Shown: positions 52,125 to 64,000 of the stretch, in pieces
How positions within the stretch are numbered: position 1 is the first letter of the stretch
How the letters are laid out: every line of letters starts with the position of its first letter
The notes under the pieces: model-generated
Seen by the model: the letters and a program-made list of their open reading frames with translations, nothing else
The model's database searches: none
Told to the model about the DNA's origin: nothing
Made by a program: the position numbers and the translations under genes
Assembly: GCA_002269645.1 (NCBI GenBank)
Contig: NIVC01000955.1
Span: 264,401 to 328,400, forward strand
Reading direction: 5' to 3'
Length of the DNA stretch: 64,000 nt
Origin: Macrostomum lignano
Taxonomy: Eukaryota

Positions 52125-52197
52125 CTTTTTTGCCCTACTAAGATTCGAACCCAAGTCGCTACATTAGCATTCCAGTCTGTTCGCATCTGGGCTATCT
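52125..52197 (-). other. tRNA-like (Pol III promoter-like) module
   Basis: GATAGCCCAGATGCG...ATGCTAATGTAGCGACTTGGGTTCGAATCT followed by a T-run. Confidence 0.62.
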
Positions 52198-52668
52198 TTT
52201 TCAATTGGAGAACATAAATTGTGGCCCTTATAATTCAATTCTTACAGCAAGTCAATTGGAGTAAAAAGTTATGACATAATCAATTTCTCAGTCAGCCAGA
52301 ATCAGTCTCAATTTAAGTTGCCAATATGGTTACGCAATTTCATTCAAGTCGTGTGTGCATTTCTTCGGCACTGTTTTCAACTTGTTGTGATGCAATCTTT
52401 GTCAGAATCAGAATTCAGTCAGTCAGTTTTTTCTCTAGCATTCTTACAATGCATTTCAGGTCGAAAGAGCTGCTTGACCTTTGCAAAAAAGCATGTTTTT
52501 CGAATATTTAATCCCTTTAAAATTGAGCAATTTCTTAGCCAAGATGCATGTACCGTCCCAGGAAAATTTCTGATCGAATGGTGCAAGTTTGAAGAAAATC
52601 GGTTAAGCCGTTTTTTCTGAAATCTATCTCACAGAGACACACATTTCATTTTTAGTATATAGGAAGGA

Positions 52669-54060
52669 CTAGCTAATTAGAGCTGGCTGCCAGCAGCCAG
52701 AATAATTTTTTTATTGCCCCCCTTTAAGCGGAGCGGAGTGAGTTTTCTTATCAGTTGGCTCTGGCGCAATCAATTAAAATTGGCAGTGAAGTTTCTGGCT
52801 GATAAAATTTGCATTGAAAAAGGCCATTTAAAACAGTTTTTCGAATATTTAATCCCTTTAGCATCGAAGCAGATACAATAAATTTTAACTGTCTTCTTTC
52901 CAGACAATTTTGAATCTTTTGGCGAAAACGCGATCAAAATCGGTGAAGAATTGCAGTCTCTAGAGCGTTATGGACATTCAAGCATACAAACCTTAGAGAT
53001 TTAGTATATTTAGACTAGCTAATTAGAGCTGGCTGCCAGCATCCAGAATAATTTTTATTGCCCCCCTTTAAGTGGAGCGGAGTGAGTTTTCTTATCAGTT
53101 GGCTCTGGCGCAATCAATTAAAATTGGCAGTGAAGTTTCTGGCTGATAAAATTTGCATTGAAAAAGGCCATTTAAAACAGTTTTTCGAATATTTAATCCC
53201 TTTAGCATTGGAGCAGATTAAAGAAATTTTAACTGTCTTCTTTCCAGACAATTTTGAATCTTTTGGCGAAAACGCGATCAAAATCGGTGAAGAATTGCAA
53301 TCTCTAGAGCGTTATGGACATTCATTCAAACATACAAACCTTAGAGATTTAGTATATTTAGACTAGCTAATTAGAGCTGGCTGCCAGCAGCCAGAATAAT
53401 TTTTTTATTGCCCCCCTTTAAGTGGAGCGGAGTGAGTTTTCTTATCAGTTGGCTCTGGCGCAATCAATTAAGATTGACTGTGAAGTTTCTCGCTGATAAA
53501 ATTTGCATTGAATTCGCCCATTTAAAACTGTTTTTCGAATATTTAATCCCTTTAGCATTGAAGCAGAATAAAGAAATTTTAACCGTCTTCTTTCCAGACA
53601 ATTTTGAATCTTTTGGCGAAAACACGATCAAAATCGGTGAAGAATTGCAATCTCTAGAGCGTTATGGACATTCAAGCATACAAACCTTAGAGATTTAGTA
53701 TATTTAGACTAGCTAATTAGAGCTGGCTGCCAGCAGCCAGAATAAATTTTTATTGCCCCCCTTTAAGTGAGGCCCAGTGAGTTTTCTTATCAGTTGGCTC
53801 TGGCGCAATCAATTAAAATTGGCAGTGAAGTTTCTCGCTGATAAAATTTGCATTGAAAAAGGCCATTTAAAACAGTTTTTCGAATATTTAATCCCTTTAG
53901 CATTGAAGCAGATTAAAGAAATTTTAACCGTCTTCTTTCCAGACAATTTTGCATCTTTTGGCGAAAACGCGATGAAAATCGGTGAAGAATTGCAATCTCT
54001 AGAGCGTTATGGACAAGCAAGCAAGCATACAAATATTAGAGATTTAGTATATTTAGAAGA
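52669..54060 (-). mobile_element. Four head-to-tail ~347-bp mini-Helitrons
   Basis: Units 52669-53014, 53015-53362, 53363-53708, 53709-54060; junctions read CTAG|TCTAAATATACTAA on the minus strand; hairpin CTGGCTG-nnnn-CAGCCAG lies 11 nt before CTAG; share TTTTCGAATATTTAATCCCTTT with H1/H2. Confidence 0.88.
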
Positions 54061-54162
54061 TAGAAAAGAATGTCTTAGACTTTAATGACGAAAAACGGAA
54101 TGAAAGTAAAAGTATATGCATGTGTATAAATAGTTATAGTTAGTTATAAGATTAGTTATAAG

Positions 54163-54500
54163 CTCTGATGTGCCAGCGGCCCAGGCTCGATTCCAAGTGC
54201 AGTCACATTAATTTGGGGCTGAATTTGAATCTCGGCTTGGCTCTGCTCGTGCAATTAACGCCCTTGAGAGCCAACCCCCAAGGCACAGTGAAGTGTACAT
54301 GCCTACGATAAATAAAGTAGGGCCGCTGTACACTCCTGTGTGAGTGTGTGCCTGTGCGTATGACTGCGTACGTATCCGCGCGCTTGTGTGCCTGCTCAGG
54401 GGAGTGGGCGGAATGGGCAGCAATGCCTCTCGCCGGTTGTGCGACAATGTCGCTTAAAGTGCGCTAGGGTGCGCAACAGGCCCCCTGCCTCTAACTAAAA
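54163..54500 (+). mobile_element. SINE family 1, head partly truncated, complete 3' tail
   Basis: B box GGCTCGATTCC, core GCCAACCCCCAAGGCACAGTGAAGTGTACATGCC, tail ending GCCCCCTGCCTCTAACTAAAA. Confidence 0.85.
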
Positions 54501-54599
54501 TATAGTTGAAGCTAAGGGCATGAAGCTCAATCAATCAAAACGACCAAGGTTCCATTCGTGTGCAGCCACATTAATGCGGGGCCAATGGACGGATGTTAG

Positions 54600-54800
54600 C
54601 ACGGAACTACAAGGCTTGACGTTCAATTTACACCCGTGAGGGTCAACCCACAAGGTGCATAGCGGGTACGTGTACATGTGTGACGATGAGAAAGTCAGGG
54701 CCGCTGTGCGGCTGTACACCCTGTGTGAGTGAATGTCTGCAGTGTTCACGCGTGCCTGCTCAGGAGGTTCGGCAAGATGGGCATGAGACTGCCGTGTTCT
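54600..54800 (+). mobile_element. SINE family 1, degenerate body fragment
   Basis: GGTCAACCCACAAGG..GTGTACATG..GTCAGGGCCGCTG..GTGCCTGCTCAGG..GATGGGC. Confidence 0.55.
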
Positions 54801-55029
54801 CTTCGCTGGTTTTGAGTCCACTGTCGCAGTATTGAGAGTTCACCTCAAGTTCATCAGACGCCGAACAGCTACGAGCGTAGTGCACCTGTGTGAGTACTGC
54901 GTGCCTGCAACAGGTGGTACAGATTAGGGCTGCAGATGCAGTAGGAATCACATAATTGTCTGCTCGGAGGGGTTCCTGCAATGACGAAAGGATTAAGTCA
55001 TTTTTGTGTCTTTGTGCGTGAATAGAACA

Positions 55030-55323
55030 GAACAGACGCATGGGATAAGTAAAACAGAGAGGAATAGAGCAGGGAAAGGGTTAGAACCGAAGGGGTTAGA
55101 ACAGAGAAGGAAGTATTACACGGAGGGGATTAGAACACAGAGAAAAGTAGAACACAGTGGGGAGTAAAGAGAACGAATGGAACACAGATGGGAGTAGAGC
55201 AGAGAGGAGTAGAACACAGAGGGGAGTAGAACACAGAGGAGTAGAACAGAGAGGGAAGTAGAACACAGAGAGGAGTAGAACAGAGAGAAGTAGAACACAG
55301 AGGGGAGTAGAACACAGAGGGAA
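55030..55323. repeat. Purine-rich ~19-bp repeat (TAGAACACAGAGGGGAG), the target of LINE-B
   Basis: A unit remnant continues at 61217-61235. Confidence 0.85.
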
Positions 55324-55338
55324 CTTACTTACTTACTA

Positions 55339-56053
<715 letters not shown>

Positions 56054-57452
56054 TTAAGGCCTTAATAGCAGCATGGCTATCAGTGTAGAAATTAATGTCA
56101 AAGTTATTTATGTTCGCCTGAAGCAGTTGCTGGGCACACTGCTCAATGGCGCAGATTTCAGCTTGGAAAACTGAGGTGTTCTCACCGAGGTGCAGACTTT
56201 CCTGGAAAAGCATCTTACCCTCGTGGAAAATGGCAATACCCGCTCCAGTGCGGCCTTTGAACAGCGAGCCGTCGGTGAAGCAGTGAATGCCCTGGCTGCG
56301 CCGGTTCACACCGACATCCAGCAGAATATTGTCTCGGCCAGGGATGGCGGTCTTGAAGCCCCTCCTGATGTTGAGGGCGGGAGGTCGACTATCCACATTG
56401 CCCAGGTCCATGTGGATGTTGTTGAGGTCGCGGCGGACAAAGTCCATATGCGGGATTAATGTTTTCATTGGCATAAAGCCAGAGGGTGCGTTATTTAACG
56501 TTTTATCTCTGATAAGCCGGGAGGCAGACTTCATAGCCTCCGCCCTAATGAATAGGTGAAGCGGAGGCAGGTTAAGGATAGTGTTCAGCCCCTCGTAGGG
56601 GGTAGACGGGTACGCACCTGTGATGGCACGGCAAATGCTGCCCTGAAGCTGGTACAGGCGCTGACGGGCGGTCTTCTGCTCCAGCACGCTAGTCCAGATG
56701 AGACTCGCGTACGTGATACTGGGCCGGATGATGCCGGTATAAATCCAACGGACCGTTCTAGGCGAGAGGCCCCAAGTCGGCCCGATGGCTCTGCGCAGCT
56801 GGGCAAAGCAGCGTTTTGCCCGACCGATGACGTTATCAAGGTGCTTCGCCCAGCGCAGGTCATGCGTTAGCGTCACACCGAGGTATTTGACCTCCTTCTT
56901 GAAGGGGATGTTTCTGCCATAGACAGTGAGGTTTTTCATCTCCCACGCACGGCGCTTGGTGAAAACGACAGCGACAGTCTTGGTGACGCTGATATTTAGG
57001 CCATGCTGCGTAGCCCAGTCGGCCGCCTTGTCGGCGAATTGCTGCATCAGGTTGCGCAGAGTGGCGGGGTCGGGTCCGCTGACGACCGCGGCAACGTCAT
57101 CGGCGTAGCCCGTCCAGGTGATACTGCTGGGAATGTCAGCGGTTAGAAGTTCGTCCATGACGAGATTCCAAAGAAGTGGAGTTAGCACGCCACCTTGCGG
57201 GCCGCCTTTCATCACCGCCCGGGTGTAGGTAACGCCCATAAGCGTAGATGTCGCAAACCTATTGCGGATCATAAAATAAATCCAGCGGACAATGCTGTGT
57301 CTCACATTCCTGCGGGAAAGAGAGTTTCTGAAGGAGCGGAAAAGGACATTGTCAAACGCTCCTTCGAAGTCAACAAACATCCCGCAGGCGAGTTGTTTGC
57401 TAAGGATGTGTTATAGAATGGGGGTTTTCTCGGGGTGGCCTGGTAGGTCTTT

Positions 57453-57535
57453 GAATCCCACCGCTGCCACCAGTGAAATAGTTTGGGTTTTCTCGGGGTG
57501 GCCTGGTAGATCTTTGAATCCCACCGCTGCCACCA
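57453..57535 (-). promoter_or_regulatory. Two tandem tRNA-Leu primer-binding sites (57516-57535 and 57453-57472), 63-bp period
   Basis: The plus strand GAATCCCACCGCTGCCACCA equals the 3' end plus CCA of eukaryotic tRNA-Leu (AAG/TAG type); the minus strand reads TGGTGGCAGCGGTGGGATTC, 1 nt after the LTR end. Confidence 0.85.
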
Positions 57536-57536
57536 G

Positions 57537-61156
<3,620 letters not shown>

Positions 61157-63149
61157 GTTGGAGGGTTGGGGGATTGACGGACCCCCGGCCGCGGGAATTG
61201 ACGGCTCCCGAGCCGTAACACAGAGGGAAGTAGACAGGCAGTAAAAAAACACAAAGAAAAATCGAAAACGCTTTTTTCCTTTGCAGCAGCGTTGAGAAAA
61301 TAGTTAACCTGCTCGTAATTAAAGGAATTCGTTTCTATCTTCCCACTGTGTAGGACTGCCCCACACATCTGGACGTAACAAAGGAAATATGCAAGATTAT
61401 GATTTTCCCGTTGTTGAGTCAAAAACAATTTATTGTGTACTCTATTATTTAGCATTCAATTAACTAAAATATACGTGTGTACCGTGCAATGCTAAAATTA
61501 ATTTAAATTACCGGTAACTGTATTTAAAATAAAACAAAATAATAAAGCTGTTTATAATCTTTAATGAAACGGCTTGCTTAAATCTAATTATGGTTAGAGA
61601 CCTCAGCTAAAAGCGATAGCTTATCAAATATATATTTCATCGATTATTTATTGGAAATAGAATTAAGGAACCATCAAATATCAGTCTAAATAGCATTGCT
61701 TGTATAGAGAAGATGATTAGCAATCTGTGCATAATTAAGCAGCGCTGTGGCAATCTTAAAATATTCACCGAAAAAAGATAGCTACAATTATAATTAAAAC
61801 GTCTTGCCATCAAGGCAACTTAGCGACTGTACACCTGTAACAAGGAATGTGTTGAAGTATGGTTCTGCAGGCGGAGACATTTTCGAAAATCAATCACTAT
61901 CCGTTTCAGTTCGGTAAATCTAGATTTGCAATTCAAATTTGCGCCAAAAATGTTTTTTAGTGATTTATAAATTTACAGTTCAAATTTTTTTTGCAATTTA
62001 CAAACTTTCCCAATTCAATCTTTTGTTTTAAAAAATTGGCGCAAATTCAAATTTGCTTCCAGTTACTTTAGAAAACATGGTTAACATGTTTTATTAGATT
62101 CCCGAAAAAACTCGGAGAGAAATCGTTCAAATTAAAAAAAATGTATGAACCGCCAAGCAAGCAAAATGAAACAAAACAAGTTATCGAAAAATAATACGAT
62201 AATTTCTTATGACAAAAATCCTTTTTACATGTGTTGGTCCGGCCTTTGTCCAGTTGCAGAAGCAATTTAATGAAGGTAACATAATAAAAAAGCAACCGCC
62301 TGCGATATTTTCGCAACAATTTCGGTGCAATTTCACGGCAAATAGCGAGCATCAGCTGGTGCTAGTGCAATTTGCTTTTAGGGTTGTGTGGGCTGGGCTG
62401 AGGGCGTAATTAAAAATCAATTAAAGATCAGAAGCTTGGCAGTGAAGCGAACACCAATTTCTTAAAATTGTTTTTTTTTACAAACAGGACGGTAGAGGGT
62501 CCGAAAATGGATGAACTGAGTTCGAGAAAGTACAGAAGCCACTTTGTTTAAAATTTGATGATTCCACAACCATAAAATTAAATCAAAAGTTTATCGCAAG
62601 AACAAATATCAGTCTTGAGGTCACTACATGTTGGCTACAAAATCAGCTCTCAACAAACCTAATGATAATCTGAAGTTTTTGTTTTAATCAAAAGCCAATT
62701 TCTTATCCAAAATGAAAAAGGATCACGTGATGACGAGAAGCATCTTAAATAAAAAAATCAATAAAACTTCTGTACAAAGTCACAGCGCGATGAGCCTTGA
62801 TGCATAAAAATCTAAGTAATTAAAAACACAATAAAATTTCCCAAAAATAGGGATATTATTTAGCTATAGATTCAGTCGCAATTGAACAACAGCGCCTGAA
62901 ATAATTTTTTAATTCAACTGAAAAATCACAAATTTTACTTGCGATTCAGTACAGCTACTGCAAGTAGTAAGCTTGAATTGCAGTGCGCAGATTTGTGCAG
63001 GAGCGAATACGAGTAACCAATGAAAGTGGAACAGATTTCAAAAAAATTGACATGATTTTACTATTTCCATTTTTTGTATTTTTAATTTTTGTATATTAAG
63101 AATAAGTTGTTCAAAGTAAACAATTAGTTTCAACAACCAAAGGGTCCTG

Positions 63150-63413
63150 GATTACTCAATCAGCCAAAAGTTAAGCACAGGTTGCCGCGGTTAGCGCGGG
63201 GACAGAAAGCCAAGTAGGCATATTTCTGACTGAAATTTTGCAACTACTATGAGTAGCTTATGCCTCCTGAACTTTCTTAGTTAACTGATAACTGAACTGA
63301 AGCAATGCAAGAAAATGTCTTGCTCAAGGACAATTATTTCGAGTGGGATCGGGAATCGAACCCACGTCCTTTCAGTCATAAGTCCGACGCTCTGACGCTA
63401 GGCTACAACCCGC
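63150..63413 (-). mobile_element. tRNA-derived CORE-type SINE (family 2)
   Basis: Head GGTTGTAGCCTAGCGTCAGAGCGTCGGACTTATGACTGAAAGGACGTGGGTTCGATTCCC followed by TGTCCTTGAGCAAGACATTT, resembling the CORE domain; the 3' limit is approximate. Confidence 0.7.
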
Positions 63414-63512
63414 TAACACGAGGTAACACGCCATTAAATCCATAAATTACGTAAAAATGAGTTGTCTCTCTCGGTAGGTACATACGTAGTCAGGGGCTGT
63501 TGGTGACTTTGT

Positions 63513-64000
63513 TCACTTTCTCGCCTTCCCACCAGACGGGGATCTTTTTTTGCCCCTCTTGGCCTCTTGCAGCTGTCGTTTCTTCTCCGCTTTGGCGGCC
63601 TCGGCGGCGGCGGCAGCGGCGGCTACTTCGACGGCGGCGGCCTCCGCCAGGAGGCGCTGACGCTCCCGTTCAGCCAGAAGGCAGCGGCGGCGGTAGGCTT
63701 CGCGGGCTCGGAAATAAGTCTGGCGGTACGCGTCCGTGCGGCGCTGCCGATGGCGGAAGTGTGGGAAAGGGGGTTGAGTGATTGGGATCAGAGAGTCATG
63801 ATTGGGATCAGAGAGTCATGATTGGGATCAGAGAGTCATGATTGGGATCAGAGAGTCATGATTGGGATCAGAGAGTCATGATTGGGAGCAGATAGTCCTG
63901 ATTGGGATCAGTGAGTCATGATTGGGATCAGTGAATCGTCAAATAAATCACTCCGTTCACACCCCAAAGCGCACCTGCAGCGCCTGCACGAATTCCAGGT
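63513..64000 (-). CDS. 3' end of an unidentified gene extending beyond the window (last exon 63743-63513, preceding exon ends at 63975)
   Basis: ..LEFVQALQ|GT donor at 63974, CAG acceptor at 63744-63746, in-frame RRTDAYRQTYFRAREAYRRRCLLAERERQRLLAEAAAVEVAAAAAAAEAAKAEKKRQLQEAKRGKKRSPSGGKARK*; codon style matches the other host exons. Confidence 0.75.
63778..63935. repeat. 20-bp minisatellite (GATTGGGATCAGAGAGTCAT) in the last intron
   Basis: About 8 copies. Confidence 0.9.

Larger units (their letters stand above)
48840..52668 (-). mobile_element. Non-autonomous Helitron H2 (3.8 kb) with internal satellites
   Basis: 5' TCC(TTCC)TATATACTAAAAA; 3' hairpin GTCCCCCAACGGGGGGC then CTAG; ~500-bp 5' region homologous to H1 (48300-48839 versus 52200-52668). 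Confidence 0.82.

Noticed and set aside
53058-54085. Repeated ~100-aa ORFs (MPPFKWSGVSF...)
   Set aside because: They use non-ATG starts inside mini-Helitron units, are not intact in all four copies, and show no recognisable domain.
54800-54870. Hammerhead ribozyme cores at CTGATGA sites (also 9226, 28285, 34394)
   Set aside because: None has the required stem II followed by GAAA.
63345-63413. Functional tRNA-Ile(TAT) gene; likewise the tRNA-like heads at 2410, 27818 and 48235
   Set aside because: Acceptor and anticodon stems are mismatched, and each is attached to a repeat body, so they are SINE- or TE-derived.

Overview
Animal (metazoan) genomic DNA, not prokaryotic. GC-rich exons, GT-AG introns packed with micro- and minisatellites, and a (TTAGGG)n tract fit a free-living flatworm such as Macrostomum; this organism call is inference only. 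Host genes: a 9-exon anion-selective Cys-loop receptor (+, 7274-18845, ~439 aa), a 6-exon plastin/fimbrin (-, 21021-27464, ~667 aa), an intronless RSRC1-like protein (-, 29802-30383), and the 3' end of an unidentified gene (-, 63513 to beyond 64000). The rest is mobile and repetitive DNA. There are two distinct, decayed LOA-type non-LTR retrotransposons (APE-RT-RNaseH), each with a 13-bp TSD; one is interrupted by an LTR plus a duplicated tRNA-Leu primer-binding site. Seven copies of a tRNA-Glu-like SINE have a 3' tail matching the 3' end of the first LINE. Also present are a CORE-type SINE, nested DNA transposons (MITE > hAT > foldback > MULE-type MITE) inside a CpG desert, and an 8.8-kb head-to-tail stack of non-autonomous Helitrons carrying tRNA-like modules in front of satellite arrays. 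All coordinates, splice models and counts were read by eye and need computational confirmation; some frameshifts may be long-read errors.
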